DNA of 64,000 bases from the human T2T-CHM13v2.0 reference genome, Homo sapiens (GCA_009914755.4 CP068257.2:40576001-40640000), one strand, 5' to 3'. Counted from the stretch's first letter, positions 40,016 to 54,804 are shown. Notes: a model not told the origin generated them from the sequence alone. Program-made: numbers and translations.

Positions 40016-41892
40016 TGAAGGAGGCAACAGGTTGTTTGGGCAAAATCGGGGTCTGGAGGTTGAGAGGCTGAGCTTCTCTTCCCAACGCCGTCACTGCTGT
40101 GGTCAATTTATTCTATTGCTTTCTGCCTGAATTTTCCTCTCCTATAAAATGAACAGGTTGGATTTGGTGATCTCAAAGTTCATGGTTGCTCTGAAATTCT
40201 GCGATGTCATTATGGAGAATTTCACAAAGATTGACGGGTGTCAAAGTGTGCCTGTTTCTGGCATGTGCTGAGAGAGTCCTCTTTTGTGGATGCTGTTCAT
40301 GTCCATCTTTCAAGATGGAACTGTTTTTCAACCGCCCAGAGCAAAATGGGGGACAGGTGCCCCCCTCCCAAGCGTGAAGTGTTAAAAAGTGGCCAGTGAC
40401 CTAGACTGACCTCTCCAGAGACCCATCTTGAAAGGATTCTTTTGTGGGTGGTTGTGGTAGGCTAGAAAGAAAACTAAACTGTTGAAAAGAGCTGATACAT
40501 AAAAATAGAAAAAACAGAGAGGATAGAGCTCAGGAGGTGTCTGGAACGCCACACAGTGCAGGAGTTTGCCACTAGCTTGTTGCATGTTACAGGAAATTGA
40601 TGAGTGGTAGTTTGAGTTTTCTCAGCAACCTTCCCTAGCTCTAGAGTTTCACAGTTTGTGGAGTTAATGCCGCCCTGGGTTGGTGTGTTTTTTTCAAGCC
40701 TGATCTGTTTCTTCTGTGGAATTTATCCTTCATCTCCTTATGCTCCAAGCACTCATTGTCTGCTCCTAAGTGGATCAGACAGGTGGGTTGGGGGAGCTGA
40801 TAGGCAGAGGACGTGTCAGACTTCATCAAGAAACCATGGTCCCTAGTTTCTACTGAATCATGGAAAGCAATTTGAAAATCTGGGAGGACTTTGGAACAAT
40901 ACAAATGACTCAGGTACCCCTGGAATATGCTAATATTTTAGGACTTTGAACTTAAAACTGGATTCAGCCCTTCTTTCATTTTGAAGAAGACCAATCAAGA
41001 CTCACGTTTTAAATTTTCAGTTGTCTTTCTTCTTTTCCCTATTATCTTCTTTTTGTTTTTCTACCCTCTTGAAGCTAAGTCTTTGAGACCCTTAGCATGG
41101 GCAGTCCCATCTTCATTGTAATCACAATTTTAGAGCTTTGAAAGACTGGTCCCTGGGATCTGCAAGCCCAGTTGGTGGCTGGGTAACTGTATGTCTGTGT
41201 TTGCACAAGCAGAAACAGATTCAGTACCTTCTCAACAGACAACAGTATAGCACTGTGATGTGATACTTGCATTTTCAGAGCATACCAGCCTGTTCTGTTA
41301 AGAAAGCAGCTCTGTGGCAGGCTCAGATGTGGGCCCACTCCTTTGATCATGTTGAAATTTCAACATAGGGTTCTAGAATTCTCCTTCTCAACTTAAAGAA
41401 ATATTTTATAGAAAAATGTATCAAGAAACCAGGACACCGCGTCATGTTTTGGCGTCGTTTGTCTATATAGACAAATTATGGCAAAGCAGTGAGCAACATA
41501 GAGCGATTCCTGTCCGTCTGTTATGTGTGGCCTTGGAAATGTTGTCATGACAGTAGAAAATGCTGGGAAAGGTGTCTTGTAAAATGAAGATGGGTTGTAA
41601 TGCAGAAATGAAGACATCTGAAACCTGGTGGCATCTGGGTTTGAAATGTCTTGGCATAAGCCTGGCACACAGGTGTAGCCAGTGTTTGCAAGCAGTGAGT
41701 ATCGCTCCCCTACCCAGTGTGTTTGTCCATTTTCACACTGCTATAAAGAACTACCTGAGACTGGGTCATTTTTAAAGGAAAGAGGTTTAATTGGCTCACA
41801 GTTTGGCATGGTTGGGGAGGGCTCAGGAAACTTACAATCATGGCAGAAGGTGAAGGGGAAGCAAGGCATGTCTTACATGGTGGCATGGGGTG

Positions 41893-41912
41893 AGGGGAGA
41901 GAGAGAGAGAGA
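41893..41912. repeat. (GA)n microsatellite
   Basis: gaggggagagagagagagagagc. Confidence 0.7.
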
Positions 41913-43494
41913 GCATAAAAGAACCCACACACATTTAGAACATTAGATCTCATGAGAACTCCCTCACTATCATGAGAACAGCATGAGGGAACCGCCCCCA
42001 GGATCCAATCACACCTCTCGCCCAGTCCCTCCCTTGACACGTGGGGATTACAATTCAAGATGAGATTTGGGTGGGGACACAGAGCCAAACCACATCACCC
42101 AGTATGTGACTTGTCACCCCTATATTCTCTAAGTGTTTAAACTGATCACATGAATCATCACAGTTAGCCAGCTGGTAATGGCTTGTAGTGAGGGAGGAGC
42201 CCCAACTGTCCATTCTTAGGAGCGCAGCCCGGGCGGGGTGGCCACCAGATAGAGACTTGCCCTACAGTAACCTTGTGTGCTCAGGCAGGGGAAGAGCCTG
42301 CAATGGGCCGCCGAGGGACCTGCCCATGACTCAGAAATGGGTGGAGCCAGAGGGGTTGACAGACAGGATATGTCTGCTGTGTTCCAGCTGCTGGTTTCTG
42401 CAGGGGCCAAGGGTAGTTTTGCTGTCTGGCTTCCTACCCACTGCCCTCCCCAGCCACAGCAGCACCTGCGTCTGTCTTCCCTCTCCCTGCTCCTCCTCCC
42501 CTGCCTGCCCCATCCTTTCCTTTGTTCCTGGTGCCTACAATTCAGAGTCTAGATGGTTTATCACTCCAGCACACAGAATAGAAAGGAAACTGAGACAAAG
42601 GTGGTTAAGGGACTTGCCCATGCTCCTGGGCTTGAAAGGGGCAGGGCTGGGATGAGGACAGCAATTTCTAGCTCTGTGCACTCCGACACAGTGGCCATGC
42701 CTTGTCTAGCACAGGGCCTTATGGGGTGCCAGGGTCCATGTAGCCAGCAGGGAAGCAGAGCTCTTCCTGGAGGCTCTGGTGCCCACAGGATTTCCTGCTG
42801 TTGGTGGTTCAGTTGCCACTGCTGAAGAGTTTTTCCTGCCAAAGGGTGCTAGCTGCAGAAGCCCTCTCTGTGCCCACTGTTGTCCCAACACCAGCCTGTT
42901 CTTGGGTGCTGCGTCCAGTTGGCTCCAAACTTGGGTACCATATTTCCCCAACCAAAAGCCAGGACAATCAATAACAGTGCGCATTAAATGCGGATCTTGT
43001 GTTGGGGCTGCAGGAGGAGCTGCATCCCACTGGACCTCACCCACACGGGTCGCCACCCTCCTGGTCCGCCTCTGCGCCTGCTGGTCCACCAAGTCGGCCT
43101 CTTTTGCCCCTCCCATGCATGGGTTCCTCCTGCTCCTGCTTTTGTCCCTCCAATTGCTGGCGGTGGTCTCAGTCCCCAGCCATGATTAGGTTAGGCTGAG
43201 AAGTCAGAGCCCAGCCTCACTCTGCATTTCTCTCTTCTCACAGTGGCGGAGTTTGTATTTGGCATCATCTCTGTGCGACTCCAAGTGTGACGTTGGGTCA
43301 GGGGCTACTTCTCTGACTGCTCTCAGTATATTCATTTTGCTGTCTGTATCAAGTCCATTGTTTTCAACTTTTAAAAATTCAGTTTGATGCATTGAGCTAA
43401 TTGTAATGATCACGCGGAGGCTGGATGTCCTGGCATTGCTGGGGAGGTGTCTCCGAAGGTAAGAAGTGAAGCAGTTTTGAAAGTGCCTGGTTCT

Positions 43495-43935
<441 letters not shown>

Positions 43936-46900
43936 TTACAAAGACACTGGACCACTCCGGTTGTTTCCAGGAAAGACTTTTTCTCACATGATTTCCCCCA
44001 AAACATGGTGCTGCGATACAAACGCAACATACAACGCCCTAGCAAAGCTGAGCATTGTGACCAGAATAACTTTATGAAGTCCTACGTAATTATTTTAAAG
44101 AAGGAGAACTTCACAATCCTTACAAGAAAGGCGATGCGGGAAACAGTAGCGGCATTTTTAAGAAGAGATGCCAGGCACTGATTCTGTAAAACTTTTGAGC
44201 TTGACAGTTACTAAGCGTTGAATATGGCATTTTAACAAAACATCTTGTATTTTCAATTGTAGTTACATTTTCACCATATGACTAATGATGTCTTTGGAGG
44301 GAAAACTAGATCATATAATAGATTCCTAGCAGAAAACATAATTGTGAGAGGAACTATTCTCAGGAGAGAGGAGTACACCCCAAGGATAATTTCCCCGGCC
44401 TCGGATACAGTAATTACTCTCCCTCAAGGAATTCACTCACGTAGCTTGTGTTGATGGGACAAATGGCTCGGAACAATATCAGCTTTGGTGCTGTCACACA
44501 AACTGCGCTGGGGACAGATCAGAGTGATCTGGTTTATTTGTTCCTCCTCACCCTTAGGTGTGACTCTTTTGAAAGCAGCCTTTTCTTCCTACAGAGTAGA
44601 CACTATGTTGAGAACATTTAGGAATGTGGTTAAGAGTAAGTTCACAGAATAAAATTCTTCTTAGGTAAAGATGATGGGGATGAGCAGATTTTATCGTAAG
44701 CTGCTTTCAGAGCCCATTCACACAAGGGTCTCATTTTATTAGGGCGTGATTGGCCACAGTGAACAAATGGAATGCTTGGGTACTCGTACACTGCCCATCC
44801 CCCAGGAGATCCCGGCGGTTCCCACGCGTAGTTGACTGAATGATAGCCGTTCTTCAATCCATTTGGCTCATGGGGCCGATTCAGGAAGGATCTGCACATT
44901 CTTCCTGTGGAAACCTGTGACATGAGGCTCAGAGACGTGACCAAGGTCATAGGAGTGGGGAGGAAGGAACTCAGAACCAGGTCTGTGGGATTTCAGGCCA
45001 AAAAGGAGCGTAGCAAGTGCTTAGCTCTGACGTGGGCACAGGACTGGACCACCAAGGCACAGCTGTGCCTAGCCCCGTGTTATGAAATGGTGTGGGGTTG
45101 CCTTGGCTGTAAACTGATGTATTTTCCTTTTAATTGGCCTGCTTGGATGTCAGCGGCCATTGGCCATTTATAGGGATTTCCTGTCCCTCTGGAGAGGCTC
45201 CAGCTTCCCTCTTCTCACCAGGAAGGGGAGGCTGATGTGCATGGCGTGCTTTCTCTCCAACAGGTGAAGCGATTCTCAGAAATCAAATTTACCTCCCAAG
45301 ATTACCTTGAGGCGAAGTTCAGGTTGAGAACAAATGTAGTCATATCTGGGGCTTTAGAGCGTTTTCTTTCCTATCTGCAGTCAGGCCGTGGCCTCCACAT
45401 GGTGACGCTCTGATGGAATGGAATGTCGCCTCCTTCTTTGAAACCCAACCCTCCAGGCTCATCCTTGCCAAAAACCAGGAAGGGGTTAAATATTCCGGGC
45501 AGCGCCAAGTCAGATTATCTGTATTGGTTTGCTTCTACGCTATAAAAATGCATTTGGACACCTTTCTCAAATTCGGGGTTGCTTTCTCTTAATTTCTATA
45601 GCCATTTCACAAGGCCTGTAATGACAGGCCAGCTAAAGTGCATGGAAGGCATCATGAATAAATCCTTTCAGGAATTCCATTAAGGGAAGACTGGATTCCA
45701 ACCAAGTGCTAGTGACTTGATCCAACCTGCTAGAACAGGGAGGGGAGGCAGCCCGGTTAAAGGCAGAGTGTGGAGATCCTGTGGCTAGGGGTTTTGAGAG
45801 GGGCAGATGCTCAGGCTGAAGGGGGATGGATAGTTCCCTAGCATAAGTGAGTTACTTTTGTGCTTCTTTGAGGCTGTTGTGCTAAAGTGGGCTTTCTTGT
45901 GGGCCCACAGGACATTTCTTTTAGTCCTTTGCCTTTAATGGAGGTGACAGCTGACCCCTGGTGCAGTGTCGTGGCCCCAGGCCACTTGCAGGGATGGCTT
46001 GCTTGAGGCTGGGGCATTGACAAAGAGTCTGCCTTGGAGAATTCAGAGGACTGGAGAACCCTTCTCTTCCCCGCTGGGGCCAGTTCCTAGGTTCTCAGTG
46101 GCCCCCAGGTGGGTGGGCTACCACTCAGGCCCTGAGGGGTAGCACTCCTTTGGTGATGAGGTCTTCTGGAACAGTTCTGACCCCTCTGCCTTACAGGGCC
46201 CCAAAGAGGCTTTGAAAAAATTTTGAGAATGGACCAACTCTCACAGCAGATTCATGAGAGTTGAATGTTTAGCCGCCATGTGCAAGACCAAAGGGGTTTG
46301 CTACTTTCTTGGACAGGCTTCATATCCAAGGGGTCTAGATGCTCCCCTCCAGCCAGCACATTTTCTCCCTGTGAGCACGTTGCAAGGGAAACCAAACCCT
46401 CACCAGCTTGGGCCTGGGATCTGGGTGTGTGACTCCTTAGTGTGGCGTTGTTAGCGGTGGCAGCCTCCCTGGACAAGGCTCAGATGGCTCTGCCAACATT
46501 GGCCTTGGGGTCTGCTTTTCTCTTTGCCACCCTCAGATTGGCAGGTTCTTTATTTGGACATGTTAATACTTTGTCATTTTCCCAGAGAGTGCTCCTGTTC
46601 TTGAACCATCTGGCCCCTTCAGTGCAACTCTGTAGGACTGTGCTCTGCTCCGTGGGGGTTGGTGTCACTGTTTAACTGCTGGAGGATGTTCTTACCACAA
46701 TCGTTTTCACCTGCATGGTGGGTGCCCCCCTGCCTTCCTCTACTGCCTTGAATAGGCTTGTATCTTGAAAAGTTCACGTTCTCAAATGGAGGCCCTCCCT
46801 ATAAACCAGAACCTAATCCACCAGTCCAAGAAATCACCAAAGGTGACATTTTGCTGAACATGACACCGTTTCTTTTGTTTATAAATTGGCAGGAAGAAAA

Positions 46901-48779
46901 ATGTTTAGTAACCATACACCTGCTCTTTCTGAGTTCAGTTCTAGAATCAACAGATTAGCTATGAACAAAGAAAACCATGTGGGTCAGATTAAATATATCC
47001 TGAAGGACTAAACCGTAAAACTAGGGATTTGTCATGGAGGTGCATTCATCAAACTCAGTTGATGAAGTTCCAACACCTGCATAGGAAACTTACTCTCAAA
47101 TACAATGTACCCAGTGCCGACTGTTTTTGCTCACATTGTGAAAAAACGCAAAAAGATGGGTTTTCAGTCATGAGTGGTGGCGGGTGGGCCTGCAGGGATC
47201 CAGTCTGACCTGCAGCCAAGAGTTTCACTTCCCACTTTGTCAGCTGTGTGCTGTTTGTCACCTCCGTGCTCTGTGGGGTAAATGGCATTTGGTGTCAAAA
47301 GTAAGACACACCAGGGTGACTTCAGGGCTGTGATTACATCCAGCTGAGACCTATATTTAGAGTCCAAATCTTGGAGCCAAAAGGAGTCGTGCTGCCGTAG
47401 CCCGCCCTCCTGCCCCGTGGAGGGAGCCTTCTTGCACCATTTCTGACAAGGGACAGCCAGCTTCTGTCTGAGCACTTCCAGCAACCAGGAACTGACACCT
47501 CCCAGGCAGCCGGGCTATGTTTGCACAACCCTCATTCTTAGAAAATGCTTCTGTCTGTTGAGCTGCAATCTGTATTTGAGCAATGTTCATTTGTGGATCC
47601 AGGTTCTGTTTTTTGAAACTCCGTAGACCAAGTTAATCTTGGTCTTGAAATAAGCTCACAAATCAAGGGGAAAAGCCCAGCCAAGTACAGAACAATAACC
47701 AAATACATTACAATCCAGAGCTACCTTGAGAGGAGGAAATAAGAAGCACATGGCCCTTGCAGGAAATGAGGTCAGAGTCCTGCTTTGGGAGGTGGGCATC
47801 ACTGCGGCATCCGCAGGGTGCAGGTCAGTGGGCAGGCGCCCCTGCTGGAAGGTTCTTGCTGTCTGTAAACTGATAAGGGTGGAACCCGCTGGAAGGGCAG
47901 AACCTGAGTCACGTTCTTTCTGTTTCTTTTACTGTTATAAGGCAACTTGGTGCCTTCCAACCAAAAAAGTCCCCCTCTCTGATATCTCAACTGCCTGTCT
48001 TGAAAGTGAACCTTTTGGCAGGAGTTTTTATGGGATTTCTCAGTTGTTATTTCTCTCCTCCCACTGTTTTGGGAGAAGTGTTTTTTTTTGTTGTTGTTGT
48101 TTTAATTAAAAATAACTGGTGTTTACTGAGCAAATCGTGTTTGCTTTATTTGGCGCTTTGCCTCATTAAGCCTTTGGGGAGCAGCATGGGACACACATCA
48201 GTATGGGCATCTTCTCCAGAAGGGAAGGAGGGTGGAGGGGGAACGAGGGCCTGCCCAGGACCGCTGGCAGGTAGGGGGCAGGTCCAGGACTGGACTTAAC
48301 ACCTGGAGTCCCAACTCCCTGCCTCTATAAGCGCCACTGAGAACTCATCTCTTTGCAATCGCTCAGACCCAGATAATAAAATAAGCTGGGTTGAGTTTTC
48401 CTTACCCAAGACATAAACCCCAAACCCTGCTGACAATGAGGAGCTACAAAAGGCCTCTCCTCCTCCTGGGGCACGTGTTCCGGGAATTCTTTCATGGATG
48501 CAGGTATGGGGGCATCTTTGGCCTCTGTCCTTTGTCTGGAGCTCCCCGCACCTGGCTGGGGGCTGCACTGGACACCTCTGCCCACCCTGGCCCTGGGGTT
48601 ATCAGGCCACCTGGCCTCCACCCAGACGTTCCCTCCCAGGGCGGGATTCATCCTGGCCCGTGGTGATGTGCAGGCTCCCGGAAGGCCGGGCTCTGCCCAC
48701 TAAGTGTCAGCTCTAACGCAGGCTCTCCATACTGAGTAAAAAAGCCCGTCCTTTCTCTGGCTGGTGCAGGTGCTGACTC

Positions 48780-49420
48780 TGCAGGCCTGTGGACGCAGGG
48801 TGACGTTCGCGCTCTTGCCCGAGCTCAACGCCCGGGAGAAAACAGCGCTGCCGGAGCCCCTCGCGCGCGCAGGTGCGGGCGGGGCGGGTGCGCGCTGCCG
48901 CGCGTGTGCAGCGCCCGCCCATCCGCCGCCACCGCCCGCGCCGGGGTTACTACCGGTCAACGCTCGCTAGTAACCTCCGCGGCGGAGCGGCGGCGCGGGG
49001 AGCGGCGCGATTGGCTGCGGGCGCCCCGCGCTGTTGCCAAGCGCGAGGAGGCAGCTGCAGCCCCGAGCGGGGTCGCAGCCTCCCTGGGACAGGGGCGGCC
49101 CTATGCATAGGGGATCACCCGGGCCATGCAAATCCCGGCGCCCCGCGCGTGCTGGTGTTCTCCTCCCCAGGTCCAGGAACACCGGTCCAGGAAGCCTGAG
49201 AGCGCTGGCAGTAGGAAGGGTCGCCAGTGTGGACCTGAGGGTGGAGGTGTTGCCACCCGGGGCGGCCTGCGCTCCATTCAGGCTTGAGCGGTGACTGGGA
49301 GACCCCGGGAATGGAAATGGCGCTCAAATGCTGGTGTGGTGTCCGCAGGGGAACGGCCCGCGGGTGTGTGGAGTCTGCGCCCCTGTGGCTTCAGCTGCGT
49401 CGGGGGACTGCGGGAATCTT
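48780..49420. promoter_or_regulatory. ABCG1: Second, intragenic CpG island in the intron downstream of the NASSYSAE exon. It is a candidate internal promoter or alternative first exon.
   Basis: About 640 bp of dense CpG (gcgcgcgcaggtgcgggcggggcgggtgcgcgctgccgcgcg…). Candidate GT donors lie at its 3' edge: cggcccgcgg|gtgtgtgg at about 49366 and aatcagagag|gtgtgtcc at about 49446. Confidence 0.75.
48944..48959 (-). promoter_or_regulatory. DR4 nuclear-receptor element GGGTTActacCGGTCA, LXRE-A-like, inside the intragenic CpG island
   Basis: The minus-strand reading is TGACCGgtagTAACCC, against the published ABCG1 LXRE-A as I remember it, TGACCGatagTAACCT. That is 14 of 16 matches. The site is embedded in a 32-bp inverted repeat GGTTACTA-n16-TAGTAACC (48945..48976). 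Confidence 0.5.
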
Positions 49421-52400
49421 CCAGACTCCAGTTTAAATCAGAGAGGTGTGTCCACGAAAAGAGTCAAACTAAAACATTTAAAGAGATTTATCCTGAGTGA
49501 CCATGGCCCGTGACACAGCCTCAGGAGACCAGGAGAACACGTGCCCAAAGGGGTCGGGAACAGCTTGGTTTCATACTTTTAGGGAGACGTAAGACAGTGA
49601 TCAATATTTAAGATGTACATTGGTTCCGTCTAGAAAGGTGGGACAGCCCAAAGGGGGACTTCCAGGTTATAGGTAAATTTAAATTTTTTTCTAATTGGTT
49701 AAGTTATTATCGATAGAAAGGGATGTCTGGGTTACGATACGGGGCTGTGGGGACCTAGGTTGTATCATGCGGATGAGGCCTCCAGGCAGCAGGCTTGAGA
49801 GAGAACAGACTGTAAATGCTTCGTATCAGACTTAAGGTCTGTGTTGATGTTAATGTTACAGGCTACGATAAGGCATGTCAGACGGACCGCCACTTCCCGT
49901 CATGGCCTGAACCAGTCTTTCAGGGGAAATTTTAGAGTGCCCTGGCCAAGGAGGGAGTCCATCCCCATGGTTCAGGGGGCCTTTGAATTTTATTTTTGAT
50001 TTACAGGTCTTTACTTCAGGTGGCACAATTTTCCTAGGAGACAGTTGATTTTTGATTCCTTATAAAACGTGCTGGTTTTGTTTTTAGCTGACAGTGTGGG
50101 GTGAAGCTGTAAGGGAGCCAGGGCCTCCTGGGGTTGATCCAAGCATGTCTGAGCCTTCTCTGGGGTCAGCACTGAAAAGTGGCCAGGGTGGGGTTTGGAA
50201 CCTTGGAATTGCCCTTGGGAATCTGCAGCGTTGGCTCCGCTAAGCCGGCTGGAATCCGGAGATCATGCGGCAAGGTCACGCTTCCCGGCTGCCTGCCGAG
50301 TCACTTCTACCCTAGGCAGGTTAGAGGCAAGGACAGATGACAGCTGAACTTTACGGAGTGTTTTCCAGGGCATCTATTACAGTTTTGTGTGTGTGAACCC
50401 AAAAGTGTGATAACAAACATCATTTCCATCAGCTGTACTGTGTTTGAGTATCCGCAAGGCCTGGGGCCACCTCAGTGGAGTCGGAGGTGCCACGCTTTGC
50501 TGTCTCTGGAGACCAGGGCCTTCTCTAGACACCCGGCGGGACTAGTTCCTTTGGGCATAATTTAGGTGTTTTGTGAAATGTTAAACATTGTCTTTCAGAC
50601 GCTTTGCTCAACCTTTTGGGCTCCTGACCAAATGCAAAGAGACCCAAGGGCTTGCTTTTCCTTGCACTCTTGGGTTTTCATTGCCTGCTTGCTTATTTGA
50701 TTTTGTGACTGTGGAGCTGGCATTTCTGTAAGCCCATATAGAAATTACAGTTTCCAAGCCTAAACCCACTAAGCCAACAGGGGCACACAGGAAACCAGAG
50801 ATGGTGGTGGATGAAAACCTTTGCAACAAGAAGGAAGGGTACATCTATGATAACTATGGTGTTACATTACTAAAAACAGTAAGGATGAGTGTCACTAACA
50901 TGAGAATGTACTCTACACAAAAGTCTGGTGAAAAAGGGAGGAGCCCTTTCACTAAGTTTCATATTTATCAGCACTCACGTTAAGAATTACAGCAGAAGCT
51001 GCAGGTTTCCTGTTTCTGAAGACCTGCGAATGAGTTTGTCCAGAAAATGGCCGTGTCCTGAATGGTGTGAGCAGGAGGCCATCCAGCCTTGTGCCTCTAG
51101 GCCTCCTCCCCTTCAGTTGTCATAAATGTGCCATGTGCCCCTGCCCAAACCCAGCAGCCTTTCTCTGAATTTCATCTGGTTTAGAGAGGAAAATGGGCAG
51201 CATCATTTTGTCACCTTCTCTCTTCCCAGGGGCGTTCTGTGCTTCTTGAGAACTATACCTCAATATCTGAGTTGGCTAAGTCTCTAGAATATGAATTTCA
51301 AAGAGCTTAGCCTGGCCAGCAGGGCTCTCTTGGAGCCCTTTTTCTCTCCCAGCCCTGCGTCTCCGCAGCCACTCCCCATGGGCTAGCCAGGCTGAACTGC
51401 CAGTCATTCTAGCATTTGTGCTTTCTTTGGGCCACTCTCTCTACCAAGAACCCACCTCATCTCCCCAGGCTAGGGGAAGCCTTCCTTCATTCACCCTTAA
51501 CCCTGTGGCCAGGAGAGTCTTTCTTGGTTACTCTTCGTACTCCTCTGCCCCTACGATCATGGGATTATGGCACTCAGCATGGGATTTTGTGCTTCTCTTC
51601 TGAGCTTCCAAAATTACCCCTGCGTCTCAGCTGCCCAGCCAGTGCCTGGCTCAGAGCTGGCATGCAAATGAATGAATGGAATCACAAAAAGCTAAATCAC
51701 AGTAGAAGAGCCTATACTTTTACCCTCAAAGACAGCTTGGTAGAGAGGAGAAGTAGAGAGGAAAACCAAGAGCCTTGAGATGCTGGGCTGTTTTGATCTT
51801 CCCTTGCTGTGTCAAACCCATGAGCCACCTCTGACTAAGCTTCACGCAGGTGGTTTCTGAGGGCTGTTTCTTTGGCCGCACAGCACCGTGGATGGACAGA
51901 GGGGTGGCTGGGGAATGGTAAGAGCCTGGATTCTGGGTCAAGCAGCCTACTCTTGAATGCCAGCTCCACCTCTTCTTAACCATGTGACCCTGGGCCTCAG
52001 TTTTTGCATCTGCAGAACAGGGCTGATCCAAGTGCCAAACTCAGGATTGGAGTGAGGAATAGCAGAGGTCATCACTACAGCCAGGGCTGGCACACAATAG
52101 TGCTCAAGGTATTTTAATGTTACAGGTCAAATTTTGCTAAAAATTGATTTTCGTGTTCCTGGTTTCATGAAGGCAAATACTCCTCTTTCTAATAATAATA
52201 GTATTAGCTTGGTATTTATTAGTCTGTGAGCAGTAACTTACTCTGTCTTCACAGCAACCCTGCGGTCAGGTTTTCTACCCATTCTTTTTGAGGGAGGAAG
52301 ATGCTGTGGCCGGAAGCAGTGAGGGCCTTTGCTTGGGCATCACAGAGAGTGCCATCTCTTACACAAAATGGGGATTTCGAATCTCAACACTCTGAGCTCT

Positions 52401-54511
52401 GTGCTTTCCCCCAAGACAGGCTACATGCTCCCTGGAGTTGTCCTCCAAGAGAATCTTTGTATGGTTCCTTTTCTGAGACTTCTGGTTTCTTCCTCATGGC
52501 TCATATTATGACTAATTTCAGACGCGTTAAATCCCTCTATCTTGAGACTTGTGTACTTGCGTGTACAAGACAGGTAACAGTCTTATTATTTCTGAGAGAT
52601 CTCTCAAGTACTTTCAGATCGCTGGATGACAAGCTTTGCATCTTTGAACTATTTATATTTCAGTATCTACATTTGTGAGTTACTGGATGGAAATTTCCAC
52701 CATTCAAACAAAGCTTGGCAAGCAACATTACACTTCAGAATTTGGCTCACGGGCGAGGTTGATGCAGGTTATCTTAGGAGGATGTGAGATGTTATCAGCT
52801 CCTGCGTGTTTTAGTCTTGTGGCTAGATGGTCATGACTGAAAATTGAGGATGTTGTGCCCACTGCTCTGGTTGGCAGCTCGTGGCAGGGAGAGGTGGCAG
52901 CAGCTCTGGGGTTGGTGGGAGCCACAGTCTCACACCTATTGGCAGGTCGTGAACATTGTTCTTGGATTTGCAAATATTTAATGTAAATCCATTAATGTTG
53001 TAGCTTTATAGAAAATGCACTTACTCTCCTTTGTGGTAATTCTAAATTAATATGTAACAAGGAGGTTAAGATGAATTGAACTATATGTGGAGCTTAGTTA
53101 AAATTTTCTTTCTCCCGCTATTTCTTTCAAAAAAATGATTCCAGGTGTAGTACTTGTTAGCAAAATGCCCTCAGTAAAGGAGGAGGCAGTATAGGATAGA
53201 GCTCAGGAATGTGGGCTCCACAGTAAGAGAGTCTGGGTTCAGAATTGGCTCCACCGCCTACTAGCAGGGCAACTGGGTGACTTACCCCTCCTGTGAAAAG
53301 GAAATATTAATAATAAAAATATCCATCTTATTAGATCAAATAGCTTGATACCTGTGAAGCACTGTGACCAGCTTGTGGCACTTAATAAACCATGGCTACC
53401 CTTCTTATATGTGATGTAATAAAATCATAATAGCTTAGAATCACTAAGATGGATCAAAGCCTTTTAGTTCTCATTCTAAATGTGAAGTGTGGCTTGATAC
53501 CTTAGGCTTTAGAAATGAAAGGGAAAGAGCAAGGGTATAGTTGGTGGCCACTGTTGATTTAGTGTTTCCTAGGCGCCGGGCAGTGTGCTCAGAGCCTCAC
53601 ACCTATGTGCTCCCATGAGCCTCATTGCTGCCCTTTGAGAGTGGAGGGGCAAGGGGAGGTGTAGGGGCCTGGTCCGGGGTCACAGGGCTGTAAGTAGCAG
53701 AGCCAAGAGGTGACCCAGGTAGCTGCTTCCAGAGCCCCACACTGGTCCCCTGGCTGGGCTACATCTTACCTTTGTGTGTCTTTGGTGACCCATGCTCCTA
53801 GAGCCAGCTTCCGGTTGGGGCAGAAGACCGTCCGGGGCCTGGCCCCTGGCTAATACGATGGCTACTGCTCATCTGCTCTGTGTCGTAGATGCTCACATCA
53901 CTTGGGTGATGAGCCTTTGTCACGTGGCCTCTGCAGAATCAGCTAGCTGGGCAAGGGGCCTAAGCTCCGGAAGGTTCCCCTTTGGTCATTTTTGGGTGTC
54001 TGGTGATTGCCAGGCTTCCAGTATCTCACCACTCAAATTAGAGCCCCAGAAAGGGAGCATGGTGTCATTTCATCCCCTGGGCCGTGGTTGTGGGAGCCCA
54101 TGGTGCCTTCTGCAGGGCACTGGAGAACGCTGTGTGTGCTCATCTTGGGACAGGCAGGAGAGGAGGGCAGGTGGCAGGATGAGGGCGGCTGTAGCCTGCA
54201 GGTCACACAGTGTTATGCCAGACCACGGTGCCTGCCACGCTGGGTCTCCAACGGCCACACGAGGCACTGCTTCCATGTTATCAGTGAGGAAACTGTGGCC
54301 TGGAGACAGGTGGGCGATGAGTTCAAGTTCCTGCTGCCAACAGGTGGACCCCAGGACCAAGCCTAGCCCAGTTGACCCCTGGCTCCTCCTGTTTGCTCTT
54401 TGAGATCATATGAAACAGCCAGTGACTGCCTAGGGCCATGGCCCTTTTCAGTGAACTTGAAACATTAAAATGTTTACTGCCTTCACACTTATGGCTTAAA
54501 AAGTTGTTTGG

Positions 54512-54804
<293 letters not shown>

